From: Dehalococcoidia bacterium
GTDB lineage: Bacteria > Chloroflexota > Dehalococcoidia > Lucifugimonadales > UBA1123
Reading direction: 5' to 3'
DNA length: 64,000 nt
Assembly: GCA_965208795.1 (NCBI GenBank)
Contig: CBDBPQ010000002.1
Span: 1,014,770-1,078,769, forward strand
The notes below the pieces were generated by a model that had not been told where the DNA came from, ran no database searches, and was given only the letters and a program-made list of their open reading frames with translations. Below are positions 17,232 to 26,502 of the stretch, in pieces; the stretch's first letter is position 1; every line of letters begins with the position of its first letter. Both the position numbers and the translations under genes were made by a program.

Positions 17232-18110
17232 CTACCGATATTCTTGGATTATACCTGAAATCTCTTCAGCGAGTTCGGGAGCTAGGGCGCCCTTCTCAAC
17301 CGCGAACGGCAGGCCCGCGAGGGCAAGCTCGCAGTAGAGCGGCAGGTACTCGGGCGCGCTGGCTTTCAGCGCGGCAAGATGCTTGCGTATCGTACCGACG
17401 TCGCCGCGCGGGTACGGTCCGGCCACGCCCTGCGGAACGCCGTTCGCGTCCAGGTTCCGGGCTACCGCGCCCATCATCGGCGTCAGCGCGCGGATGCCTT
17501 CGTCCCGAGAGTGGTCGAACTTGGGCCATACGGACGCGGCGACGGACGCCAGCACAGCCAACAGGTTGCCCATCAGTACGCCGGACAGATGATACAATAC
17601 TTTGTCCTCCGGTCGCAGGAAGATGGGATTGCCGCCAATGTCGGTCGCCATGCGCTCGAAGTATGGTCGCAGGTCCTCTTCCGCCTCGATCCCAAACGTG
17701 GTCCCGGGGATGTTCTGCGCGCCCTCGGCAACGGACGAGAACGCCTGGAGCGGGTGGAACGCGCCGGCGACCGCGCCCTGCGCCACCGCAGCGTCCAGCG
17801 GTTCGAGGCTCGCCGCGCCGGAGCAGTGCGCCACGCCCTGCCCCCCGCGGAAGCGCAGCGACTCGCAGACCGGCGCGATGGCGTCGTCCGGCGTGGTGAT
17901 GAAGACCATTCCGACCGAATCCGCGAGCTTCTGGAGGCTGCGATACGGGGCGCATCCGGGTATTCGAGCCGCGAAAGAGTCGGCGGACGCGCGGGATCTG
18001 CTGGCGATGGCGATTACGGGGTAGCCAGCCCCATGCAGCGCAATGGCGAGGGAGCCGCCGACGGCGCCGGCGCCTATGAAACCTATGGTGGTGGATCTAT
18101 CGAAATTCAT
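17232..18110 (-). CDS. Rossmann + DUF2520-type oxidoreductase (possible PanG-type ketopantoate reductase)
   Basis: IGFIGAGAVGGSLAIAL dinucleotide fold. The role is inferred only from being in a co-directional gene string with panB. ATGA overlap with the upstream peptidase gene. Confidence 0.7.
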   Translation of the reverse strand: MNFDRSTTIGFIGAGAVGGSLAIALHGAGYPVIAIASRSRASADSFAARIPGCAPYRSLQKLADSVGMVFITTPDDAIAPVCESLRFRGGQGVAHCSGAASLEPLDAAVAQGAVAGAFHPLQAFSSVAEGAQNIPGTTFGIEAEEDLRPYFERMATDIGGNPIFLRPEDKVLYHLSGVLMGNLLAVLASVAASVWPKFDHSRDEGIRALTPMMGAVARNLDANGVPQGVAGPYPRGDVGTIRKHLAALKASAPEYLPLYCELALAGLPFAVEKGALAPELAEEISGIIQEYR

Positions 18111-19078
18111 CGCGCCCCCAAATCCGAAACCGCCTTCACGCCCCCCAATCCTGTCGCCGCTTGGACGCCGCGAACGATGGCGCGGCTGACGCAGACGACC
18201 GCCGCGGCGCAGAGACGGTTCATGTCCGCGTCAACTTGGCCGGTCGCAAGGGAGAAGATGGTGTCGCCGTCGCTCATCAGGTGCGCGGGCCGGACAGCGA
18301 GCGCCAAGCCATCGTGGGCGGCGGACGCGAGCTTGTTCGCCTGCGCCTTGTTCAGCGTGGCGTTGGTGGCGACGACGCCGATGGTTGTATTCTCGCCTGG
18401 GCGCGCTCGCGCCGTCTCGAAACCGGGCGACGTGATCAGCGCCATCGAATCGAGCATCGTCTCGCCATCGTCGTCCAGGGGGCCGGCTACGATGCGGCCC
18501 GTATCGGGGTCCACCACGCCGCCGACGGCGTTGACGGCGACTATCGCGCCGACGATTACGCCACCGCCGAGGTCAACGCTCGCCGTTCCGACGCCGCCCT
18601 TCAAACTCCGTTCGGCGCCGAGCAGCTTGGCGACGGTCGCGCCCGTCCCTGCGCCGACGCTGCCCTCAGCCACGTAGCCACCGGTCGCCGCCTCGCACGC
18701 CGCGCGGCCCGCGCTCGCGTCGGGACGGACGCGGTGAGTAACCAGCCCCAAGTCGAACAGTATCGCCGCCGGAACTATCGGAATCGTGGCGCCGCCGAAC
18801 TCGATGCCGATGCCGTTCTCTTCCAGATAGTCCACAACGCCCGTCGCCGCCGCGAGTCCGAAGGCGCTGCCTCCGCTCAGCAGGACGGCGTGGACGCGGT
18901 CCACCATGGCGGTCGGCGCCAGCAGGTCCGTTTCACGGGTGCCGGGCGCGGAGCCTCGAACGTCCACGCCGCCGACCGCTCCATCCTCGCAGATGACGAC
19001 GGTGCAGCCCGTGGCGTTCTGGGCGTCGGTATAGCGCCCTACGCGGATACCGGGGACATTGGTTATGCCGTTAGCCAT
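18107..19078 (-). CDS. Peptidase family S58/P1 (DmpA/BapA-like aminopeptidase)
   Basis: ITNVPGIRVGRYTD...TGCTVVICEDGAVGGVDVRGSAPGTRETDLL. Confidence 0.85.
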   Translation of the reverse strand: MANGITNVPGIRVGRYTDAQNATGCTVVICEDGAVGGVDVRGSAPGTRETDLLAPTAMVDRVHAVLLSGGSAFGLAAATGVVDYLEENGIGIEFGGATIPIVPAAILFDLGLVTHRVRPDASAGRAACEAATGGYVAEGSVGAGTGATVAKLLGAERSLKGGVGTASVDLGGGVIVGAIVAVNAVGGVVDPDTGRIVAGPLDDDGETMLDSMALITSPGFETARARPGENTTIGVVATNATLNKAQANKLASAAHDGLALAVRPAHLMSDGDTIFSLATGQVDADMNRLCAAAVVCVSRAIVRGVQAATGLGGVKAVSDLGAR

Positions 19079-19117
19079 GCGCCTAGCATAGCACAACAGC
19101 GTTTTTGGGATGGGGGA

Positions 19118-19198
19118 TTTAACGCAGAGGCGCGGAGGGCGCAGAGAAACGCAGAGGGTTAGATAAAATCTTCGCGTCTCCGCGCCTCTGCGTCAAAA
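19118..19198. repeat. Intergenic palindromic repeat family 1 (CGCAGAGG-unit hairpin element)
   Basis: tttAACGCAGAGGCGCGGAGggcgcagagaaacgcagagg...CTCCGCGCCTCTGCGTcaaaa; 16-bp perfect terminal arms. Confidence 0.85.
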
Positions 19199-19259
19199 CT
19201 TTGCGCTTGGTGTTAGAATGGGGCGCAGTTGAGCTTGGCTATATTTTAGGAGGCATGAG

Positions 19260-20036
19260 ATGGATTTGGGAATCGCGGGCAGGAATGCGCTGGTTACGGG
19301 CGGGAGCCGCGGGCTTGGGCGACAGTGCGCGCTGTCGCTGGCGGCCGAGGGCGTGAACGTGGCTATCTGCGGGCGGACGCGCGATACGCTGGACGGCACG
19401 GTTGATGATCTGCGCGCGCTGGGCGTTCGCGCGTTCGGCGTAGTCGCCGACGTGTCGCAGCCGTCGGAGATGCCGCGCCTGCACGCCGAGACGGTGAACG
19501 GACTCGGCGAGATCGACATCCTGGTCAACAACGCGGGCGGCTCCATCGGCGCGACGGACATCGAAGGCACATCGCTGGACGCCTTCCACGGCGTGTTCGA
19601 CCTCAACGTATTCGGCGGCTACGAGCTCACTCGGCTGGCGCTGGAGCATATGCGCGCGCAGAGCTGGGGGCGCATCGTCAATATAGCGTCCATCTGGGGA
19701 CGCGAGCACGGGGGCAACATCGGCTACATGTCCGCGAAGGCGGCGCTGATCGCGGCCACGAAACACGCGGGGCTGTCGCTGGCTGGGACGGGCGTCACGG
19801 TAAACTCGATCGCGCCCGGCTCGATCGCGCATCCCGGAGGCGGCTGGGAGCGATTCCAGGCAGAACAGCCGGCGGACGTCGTGAGCGGCTTCATAGAGAC
19901 GTACCTGCCGATGGGACGCTTTGGCTGGCCCGAACCTGTGGGCGACGTGTGCGCGTTCCTGGCGTCGGAGCGCGCGGACCTGGTAACGGGGTCATGCGTA
20001 GTGGTGGACGGCGGACAGAGCAACGCTATGATGTAA
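19260..20036 (+). CDS. SDR-family oxidoreductase (FabG-like)
   Basis: TGGSRGLG, NNAG and Y...K (YMSAKAAL) motifs. TAGGAGG RBS. Confidence 0.9.
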   Translation: MDLGIAGRNALVTGGSRGLGRQCALSLAAEGVNVAICGRTRDTLDGTVDDLRALGVRAFGVVADVSQPSEMPRLHAETVNGLGEIDILVNNAGGSIGATDIEGTSLDAFHGVFDLNVFGGYELTRLALEHMRAQSWGRIVNIASIWGREHGGNIGYMSAKAALIAATKHAGLSLAGTGVTVNSIAPGSIAHPGGGWERFQAEQPADVVSGFIETYLPMGRFGWPEPVGDVCAFLASERADLVTGSCVVVDGGQSNAMM

Positions 20037-20060
20037 CAAGCCAAGCGCTTGACCGGGATT
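20037..20060 (+). repeat. Stop-codon-abutting motif CAAGCC-NNN-CGCTTGACCGG-N-ATT (copy 1)
   Basis: caagccaagcgcttgaccgggatt lies immediately after the TAA of the SDR gene. Confidence 0.7.
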
Positions 20061-20122
20061 GTGATGCGTAGTTGTATGCGAGTTCGGCGAGGCTAGGTGC
20101 GCGGGCGTCCACAAGGCTACCC

Positions 20123-20836
20123 TTACCACCACTGTTCGTAGCGGATGCGGGTTCTTGGGATGCCGAGGGCGCGCAGGGTGGCGACGGTGGAGCGGATCAT
20201 GTCCGGGGGGCCGCAGATGAAGTGGAGGGCGTCCCGGTCTGTTCCGGCGGCGCGGAGCAGGGCGGCGTCTATGCGGCCTGTGGAGCCGCGCCACTCGGCC
20301 AGAGTATCGGGCGTGGGGCGCGTGATGGTGAAGGTGTGGCGGATTCTTGGGTTGCGGGCTGATATGGCTTCTATCTCGTCCCGGAACAGCAACTCGTCGG
20401 GGGATGACGCGCTGTAAACGAGGGACAGACGGGTGATCGCGGCAAGCTCGTCGGCGGCTCGGATTATGCTCATCAGCGGGGTCAGACCGATGCCGCCCCC
20501 GATAAGGACGACGGATTCGGCCTCGTCGGGTTCGTATATGAAATCCCCTCCCAGACTGACTTCCACTCCGTCTCCAACGCGGGCTTCTTCGTGCAGCCAC
20601 GAGGTTACGGGGTGGCCTCCGGCGTCTCGGCGGACAGCCAAGCCAATGGACGTTTGGACCGCGGGGGATGATGTGATGGAGTAGCCGCCCACGGCTCCCG
20701 CGCCTTCGAGCGTGACGAAGAAATCCACCCACTGGCCCGCCTGAAAGTTGATCTCGCGTCCGTCGAGGTCGAGATGGAAGGACTTGATGGTGGGCGTTTC
20801 TTGACGAATCCGGGCTATGGTGGCGGGGAGTCTCAT
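20123..20836 (-). CDS. Ferredoxin-NADP reductase-like FAD/NAD(P)-binding oxidoreductase
   Basis: RLPATIARIRQETPTIKSFHLDL..., GGYSITSSP (RxYS-like), VLIGGGIGLTPLMS. Start taken at ATG 20836 (ATGA overlap); the upstream Arg/Pro-rich extension was rejected. Confidence 0.75.
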   Translation of the reverse strand: MRLPATIARIRQETPTIKSFHLDLDGREINFQAGQWVDFFVTLEGAGAVGGYSITSSPAVQTSIGLAVRRDAGGHPVTSWLHEEARVGDGVEVSLGGDFIYEPDEAESVVLIGGGIGLTPLMSIIRAADELAAITRLSLVYSASSPDELLFRDEIEAISARNPRIRHTFTITRPTPDTLAEWRGSTGRIDAALLRAAGTDRDALHFICGPPDMIRSTVATLRALGIPRTRIRYEQWW

Positions 20837-21753
20837 GCCGCGAACTCCGGGCGAACCAGGCGTTCGTAGGCGTGGCGTTCCCGTACCATCCCTCCGTCTA
20901 TCAGTATGTCTCGCATGGCGTCGAAGGACGGGCGGGTGATGGCGGCGCGGTCGGGCCACGTCCGGTTGGCCCGGTACTGGCGGATGCAGTCTTGCAGCAG
21001 GGTGGCGTCGAGGTTGGGGAAGAAAGGCTGGGCGTGTCCGGCCACATCAGAATCTTCTGCGGCGCTCAGCCATTGGAGGGCGTCATCGAACCCGCTCACG
21101 AAGGCTTGCACAACGTGGGGATTGGCGTCTATGAAGGCGGGCATGGCGGCGAACGAGCTGTAACAGATATGCTCCAGTTCCGGGCCGAGCGCGGCGGCCA
21201 AGTATCCCGATCCCTCTGCGACGAGGACACCAGCCTGCGGGTGCGGGAGGTGTACGTAGTCGAAGTCGGCGGCCCGGAAGCGAGCTATGGCGTCGGCGGC
21301 TGAGAGGCCGGGAACGAGATTCACCGAATCGGGAGATACGCCGTTCTTTAGCATGGCGGCGCGGAGCGAATTCCACGGGACGGGCGTGAAGCCGACGGGG
21401 GCGAGCGTCGCGCCCTCGAGCATGGACCAACGCCAGTCGCCGGCGTCGCCAACCGGTTCGCGAGATACCAGGAAGAACCCGTCGCGGCGGTTTATCTCGG
21501 CGACGTGGATCGGGGCGTCCAGACGGCCCTCGTCCAGTTCCACCAGACTGCGGCTAATACCGGTCTGGGCGATGTCGGCTTCGCCGTCGCGCAGCATGTC
21601 CATCATCGCGCCGCCCTCCGGCATGGTGGAGAACTTGACGTTGAGGCCGCGGCGGTAGAGGAATCCGCCGGATACGGCGACGTATATGGGCGTGTAGAAC
21701 AGGTTGCGGAAAGTCTCGAGGAGGCGGAGGCCGGTTGGGGTAGTTGACGTCAT
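20833..21753 (-). CDS. NMT1/THI5-like (SsuA/TauA-type) solute-binding-fold protein without an obvious signal peptide
   Basis: Pattern ...FYTPIYVAVSGGFLYRRGLNV...DIAQTG...RDGFFLVSRE. ATG 21753 has AGGAGGG upstream and an ATGA overlap with the small ORF. Confidence 0.65.
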   Translation of the reverse strand: MTSTTPTGLRLLETFRNLFYTPIYVAVSGGFLYRRGLNVKFSTMPEGGAMMDMLRDGEADIAQTGISRSLVELDEGRLDAPIHVAEINRRDGFFLVSREPVGDAGDWRWSMLEGATLAPVGFTPVPWNSLRAAMLKNGVSPDSVNLVPGLSAADAIARFRAADFDYVHLPHPQAGVLVAEGSGYLAAALGPELEHICYSSFAAMPAFIDANPHVVQAFVSGFDDALQWLSAAEDSDVAGHAQPFFPNLDATLLQDCIRQYRANRTWPDRAAITRPSFDAMRDILIDGGMVRERHAYERLVRPEFAA

Positions 21754-21992
21754 ACCGACGCCCTCCTGCGCTCCCACTCATCGACTATGCGGTAGGCGAA
21801 CATCATGCCGGTGTTCTCGCTGTCTATGGGCAAGCGGCGGGAGATCTCCTGTCCGTTCGGCAGGGTTATTTCTACCAGGACGGTGGGCTTGGCGTCGTCG
21901 GACAGAGTGTTCAACAGGTTGTGACCGTCTTCTACGGCGTCGAACTCCCGCATGACGGTTATGTCGCTGCCTTTGTATTGTTCGTGTCTCAT
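21750..21992 (-). CDS. Small 80-aa protein, unknown, first gene of an ATGA-coupled trio
   Basis: ORF with non-shadow-like composition. Its stop overlaps the next start. Confidence 0.45.
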   Translation of the reverse strand: MRHEQYKGSDITVMREFDAVEDGHNLLNTLSDDAKPTVLVEITLPNGQEISRRLPIDSENTGMMFAYRIVDEWERRRASV

Positions 21993-22034
21993 GGCGGCCT
22001 CCTTCTTGAGAAAAGAGGAAATAGGAATGAGGGG

Positions 22035-24722
22035 TTAGATGAAGTTTCCTTCGTAGTCTGTCTCTACTATGGGCAGGCCCAACTCTTCGAGACCTGGGCG
22101 TATCGCTTCGGCGTCGCCCGCTATTACGATGTTGAGGTTGCCCACGTCCAGAAGATCGGATCCCGCCCGGCGGACGTCTTCGAGCGTGGTCTGCGCGAGC
22201 TTATCCGAGAATCGAGCGAAGTAGTCATCCGGGAGATCGAAGGTTACTATGCGACTCAGTTGGCTGATTATCTGGAATTGAGTCTCGAACTGGCTTGGGA
22301 CGCTGCGGAGGATGCCGTCTATGGCGTCTCGGAACTCGGTGGGGGTTACGGGTTCGTCACCGACTATGCCCTCGAACTCCTTCAGGGTTTCGATGACGGC
22401 CTCTTTGGTTACGGCGGTCTGGACGCCTCCACCGGCGACCAGCATGGATGGGCCTAGGCTCCAGTCTATGCTGGACATATAGCCGTAGCTGTAACCTTTG
22501 TCCTGGCGCAGGTTCATGTTGAGGCGGGCGCCGAACTGTCCGCCGAATATGTAGTTGAAGACGTTTAGAGCCATGAAGCGGTGGTCGGCGCGCGGGATGG
22601 TGAGGTGTCCGGTCCGAATCACGGACTGGGCCGCGCCGGGCTTGTCGGCGAGGTAGATGGCGGTCGGAGTTGGCGCCGGCTGCGCGCCGTTGACGGTCGC
22701 GAGGTTGTCGGTCGGCTCTGGTTGCGCGCCGTTGGCGGTCGCAGAGCCGGTCCAGTCGCCGAACGTGTCTTGCGCCGCCGCCATTGCCTGATCGAGGGAC
22801 AGGTCGCCCACGATGATCAGGGTGGCGTTGGACGGGCTGAGGTGAGCGCGGAAGAAGGCGCGCAGATCGTCGGCGGACGCGAGTTCGACAGACGCTACGG
22901 CGCCTGTCAGCGGGTGGCCGTATGGTGTGCCGGAACCATACATCACGCCGCGGGTGGCGCGGGCGGATATGGTGGCAGGGTTGTCAGAGACGCGACGCAG
23001 ATCGGTCAGCAGGTTGGCGCGGACTCGTTCGAGGTCGCTGGACGGGAAGGCGGCGTTCTGCGCTATGTCGCCGACCACGTCGAGCGCGTCCCGCCACGTC
23101 GAGGTCAAGCCGTCCGATATGATGACTACGTGTTCACGGCTGGCGGAGGCGCGGAGGTGGCTGCCGAGGAACTCTATCTCGTCCGCTATATGCTGGGCGG
23201 AGCGAGTGGCGGTGCCCTCGGTGAGCATGGAGGTCGTGAGGTTGGCAAGTCCGGCGCGGTCGGACGGATCGTTTACCGCCCCGGATCGGATCACCAGGCC
23301 GAACGCGACAGTCGGCAAACCACGCTTCTCGACGTGCAGGATGTTCAGGCCGTTATCGAGCCGCGCGCGGTTCGGTACGGGCGGTACGAACGACGGCTGC
23401 GGCGCGGCGTCCGGCATCGCGCCGCGGTCGAGCGACGACGGCGCGGCGGCGCGCCCGTTCCGAATCGGGCGCGGCTCTATGGCTAGACGAACGCGGGCGT
23501 CGGCGAGCGTGGCGGCCGCGGCTCGCACGTCTTCGGCGCTTACAGCGAGGTAGTGGTCTATGTCTTCGTTGATGTACGCGGGGTCGCCCGCAATTATGTT
23601 GTAGTAGTTGAGTTGATCGGCGCGTCCGCTGAATCCCCCGAAGCGTTCCAGCTGGAAGACGTGCGACGCCTGGATGCGGTTCTTGGAGCGTTCGAGCTCG
23701 CGCTCGTCCACGCCACGATCGCGAATATCTGCGACCTGGCGCATTATCTCGCGCTCCAGCTCTTCTAGCGAGTGGCCCGGATTGGCGGTCGCCTGGACCA
23801 TGAACTCGCCGGCAATCTCCTGCGAGTGGTTGTACACGCGCGTCTCGCGGGCGGAGCGGGCGTCATAGACCATAGAGCGGTACAGACGCGAGCTGCGCCC
23901 ATCGCCGAGTATGGACGCGAGTATGTCCATCGCTCGGTCGCCCTCGGTGAACGATGGCGGCGTGGGCCATGCGAGATAGAGGCGTGGAAGCTGCACGCTG
24001 TCGCTGGTTCGCATGTCCACGGCTCCGGTGAGCGTCGTGTCCACGCGAGCGGCGCGGTCAACGTCCGGGCCGGCGGGGATGTCCCCGAAGTATCGCTCGA
24101 CGAGTTCCAGCGCCTCGTCCGCATCGAAGTCGCCGACTATGGCGAGACTGGCGTTGTTGGGGACGTAGAAACGCCGGAAAAAAGACTTTACGTCGTCTAG
24201 CGAGGCGTTGTCCAGATCTTCGGGCGAGCCGATGGTCGTCCAGTTGTACGGGTGCGGCGCGGGGAACAGAGCGGGCTGCATCAGCATAGGCGCCATGCCG
24301 TATGGCCTATTCTCGTAATTCTGGCGTCGCTCGTTCTTCACCACGTCGCGCTGGACGTCCAGCTTGCGTTGGGTTAGGACTTCGAGCAGGTGTCCCATGC
24401 GGTCGGATTCGAGCCATAGCGCGAGTTCGAGGTGGTTGGACGGGACGTTCTCCCAGTAGTTGGTGCGGTCCGGCGTGGTGGAGCCGTTGAGGTTGGCGCC
24501 GACTTTCTGGAGCGGGTCGAAGTAACTGGCGTCGTGGTTCTTGGAACCTTCGAACATGACGTGCTCGAAGAGGTGGGCGAAGCCGGTCCTGCCGGGCTCT
24601 TCGTTCTTGGAGCCAACATGGTACCAGACGTTGACCGCCGCGATGGGCAGGGACCTATCAGGTGAGAGAATTACGTCCAAGCCGTTGGACAGGGTATGTT
24701 TGCGAAATTCGATGGAGATCAT
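22035..24722 (-). CDS. M16-family (pitrilysin/insulinase-like) zinc peptidase, double-length
   Basis: HxxEH zinc motif GFAHLFEHVMFEGS. The 895 aa contain two M16 active/inactive module pairs. Confidence 0.9.
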   Translation of the reverse strand: MISIEFRKHTLSNGLDVILSPDRSLPIAAVNVWYHVGSKNEEPGRTGFAHLFEHVMFEGSKNHDASYFDPLQKVGANLNGSTTPDRTNYWENVPSNHLELALWLESDRMGHLLEVLTQRKLDVQRDVVKNERRQNYENRPYGMAPMLMQPALFPAPHPYNWTTIGSPEDLDNASLDDVKSFFRRFYVPNNASLAIVGDFDADEALELVERYFGDIPAGPDVDRAARVDTTLTGAVDMRTSDSVQLPRLYLAWPTPPSFTEGDRAMDILASILGDGRSSRLYRSMVYDARSARETRVYNHSQEIAGEFMVQATANPGHSLEELEREIMRQVADIRDRGVDERELERSKNRIQASHVFQLERFGGFSGRADQLNYYNIIAGDPAYINEDIDHYLAVSAEDVRAAAATLADARVRLAIEPRPIRNGRAAAPSSLDRGAMPDAAPQPSFVPPVPNRARLDNGLNILHVEKRGLPTVAFGLVIRSGAVNDPSDRAGLANLTTSMLTEGTATRSAQHIADEIEFLGSHLRASASREHVVIISDGLTSTWRDALDVVGDIAQNAAFPSSDLERVRANLLTDLRRVSDNPATISARATRGVMYGSGTPYGHPLTGAVASVELASADDLRAFFRAHLSPSNATLIIVGDLSLDQAMAAAQDTFGDWTGSATANGAQPEPTDNLATVNGAQPAPTPTAIYLADKPGAAQSVIRTGHLTIPRADHRFMALNVFNYIFGGQFGARLNMNLRQDKGYSYGYMSSIDWSLGPSMLVAGGGVQTAVTKEAVIETLKEFEGIVGDEPVTPTEFRDAIDGILRSVPSQFETQFQIISQLSRIVTFDLPDDYFARFSDKLAQTTLEDVRRAGSDLLDVGNLNIVIAGDAEAIRPGLEELGLPIVETDYEGNFI

Positions 24723-25066
24723 ACAGCGGTTCCGTTTCTGTTGCGCGCGCGGATATCGAGTCGATTATAGCATGAGCGCAGCGTCTTCGTTCGCGCGAAC
24801 GATTCGCGAGGCGAGGCGCCGGATTGCCGTGAACCGCCGCGCGACATAAGTCGAAATCGGCCTGTTCGACGACGCGACCGTAAATCGAAAACCAAGGCGC
24901 GGACAAGGCGACTCGATGCGCGCAAGCCGGCGCATACTGGATTACTGGACAAGTTTGGGGTAATCTAGCGAGGAATTCTGAAGATGGAGCCTGTTCAAGA
25001 TTTGGCGGGCGAAGGCGTGTCCGCAGGATCGAAACGGGCTCAGCCTGCAAGTGATGGGAGCGCGCG

Positions 25067-25699
25067 GTGAACTGGATCGACATTGTGTTGCTGGTCATCG
25101 TTCTCGTAAGCCTGATCTGGGGGATACAGACGGGGGTCATGCGAACGCTCTTCGTGGCTATCGGCATAGTCCTCGGTTGGTGGCTTGCCGGTCAGTTCGC
25201 TGATGACGTGGGCGGGTTGGCGGGCGATCTGCCGGCGCTAAATTCGATAGTTACGGCGGTAGCGTACTGGGTGATCATCATAGGGACGGCTGTGGTGGTG
25301 AAGAAGGTGGGAGATATTATCCGATCGGCGATGGTGGTCGGTACACTGGGGGCGGCGGGATTCGCAGACAGGCTGGGTGGGCTTCTACTGGGGCTGGTCA
25401 TAGCCATAGCGCTAACGAGCGCGGTTGTCATCGCGCTGACCCGGCTGTCGTCGGACTTTACGGTATCCACACCCAACGTATCCATTCCGGGCACAGAGCT
25501 TACGATCGTGAGCGGGGGCAAGGTAGCGGTGGTCGAGAGCCGGCGGGATGCGTTGACGAACTCGCTGGCGGAGTCTAGCGTGGTATCGGCGTTCCTGACG
25601 GCGCGGGACACGCTGCCGGAGGGGATGCTGGGATTCGTGCCGGGCGATTTCCAGGCGGGGTTCGATATTCTGGAGGATTACATATCAGAAGCCATGTGA
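25067..25699 (+). CDS. CvpA-family membrane protein
   Basis: GTG start. NWIDIVLLVIVLVSLIWGIQTGVMRTLF... is a typical CvpA N-terminus, followed by 4 TM segments. Confidence 0.8.
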   Translation: MNWIDIVLLVIVLVSLIWGIQTGVMRTLFVAIGIVLGWWLAGQFADDVGGLAGDLPALNSIVTAVAYWVIIIGTAVVVKKVGDIIRSAMVVGTLGAAGFADRLGGLLLGLVIAIALTSAVVIALTRLSSDFTVSTPNVSIPGTELTIVSGGKVAVVESRRDALTNSLAESSVVSAFLTARDTLPEGMLGFVPGDFQAGFDILEDYISEAM

Positions 25700-25857
25700 G
25701 CGCATGATCCACTATTCGACATGGCGCAAGTGAGGATTTGGGCGCGCAGGGGAACCCGATAGCTTTGTCGGATGCGGTTGGGTTATACTGAACATCGTAT
25801 GCGGACGGACGGAACTTCTCAGCGAGGTCGGCGAGTCGAGCCAACGGACGATGTAAC

Positions 25858-26379
25858 ATGAGCGGGACGGCGACCATAGATTCGCCCGTTCTGGTGCTGA
25901 ACCAGAACTACCAGCCGCTGAACATTTGCAACGTGCGACGCGCGTTGGCGCTGGTAGGGCGAGGGAAGGCCGAACTCATAGAGAATGGGCGCGGCCACAT
26001 TAGAAGTGTGTCCGATTTGTTCCCCGCTCCTTCGGTAATCCGGCTGATCTATATGGTGAAGCGTCCCGTGATGCGGCGGCGACTTTCGCGCCAAGCGGTA
26101 TTCTACCGAGACGGATATACCTGCCAGTACTGCGGCAAGCGGACCCGGCAGCTGACGCTGGACCACATCCTGCCGCGCTGGAGGAAAGGGCCGCACTCTT
26201 GGGACAACGTAGTTAGCGCTTGTGTGCGCTGCAATCATCGCAAGGCGGGCAGGACTCCACGCGAGGCGCACATGAAGCTGCTGCGCAAGCCGGACGCGCC
26301 GAAGCCGAACCCGTACTATATGTTCCACCACCGCGAGATTCTGGAGGAGTGGCGCCCCTTCATCCCATGGGTGAGCTAG
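25858..26379 (+). CDS. HNH endonuclease
   Basis: CQYCGKRTRQLTLDHILPRWRKGPHSWDNVVSACVRCNHRK. Confidence 0.85.
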   Translation: MSGTATIDSPVLVLNQNYQPLNICNVRRALALVGRGKAELIENGRGHIRSVSDLFPAPSVIRLIYMVKRPVMRRRLSRQAVFYRDGYTCQYCGKRTRQLTLDHILPRWRKGPHSWDNVVSACVRCNHRKAGRTPREAHMKLLRKPDAPKPNPYYMFHHREILEEWRPFIPWVS

Positions 26380-26380
26380 G

Positions 26381-26404
26381 CAAGCCACGCGCTTGACCGG
26401 AATT
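26381..26404 (+). repeat. Stop-codon-abutting motif (copy 2)
   Basis: caagccacgcgcttgaccggaatt starts 1 nt after the TAG of the HNH gene. Confidence 0.7.
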
Positions 26405-26440
26405 TGGACAGCGGGGATGGTTTGCTAGACCAACGGCTCT

Positions 26441-26493
26441 GAGGGCGGGGGGGCGCCCCCCGTTCTAACCTTCCCCCATCGAGGGGGAATGGA
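26441..26493. repeat. Intergenic repeat family 2 copy
   Basis: gagggcgggggggcgccccccgttctaaccttcccccatcgagggggaatggat. Confidence 0.75.
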
Positions 26494-26502
26494 TATCGTG
26501 AG

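Noticed and set aside
17379-18677. 432-aa plus-strand ORF. Similar long ORFs occur at 28771..30078, 34292..35674, 37266..38333, 41272..42342, 42964..44097, 55554..56891, 56925..57992 and 61261..62424.
   Set aside because: All lie antisense to, or out of frame with, genes that have clear family motifs. Their translations are Arg/Gly/Ala/Pro-rich low-complexity sequence, typical of shadow ORFs in high-GC DNA.
20049-20054. TTGACC inside the stop-adjacent motif considered as a -35 promoter box
   Set aside because: No conserved -10 element follows at 16-18 nt in the four copies. In three of the four cases the downstream gene is convergent.
20837-20959. N-terminal extension of the FNR-like ORF
   Set aside because: It overlaps the upstream gene. 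The ATGA-coupled ATG at 20836 gives a canonical start.
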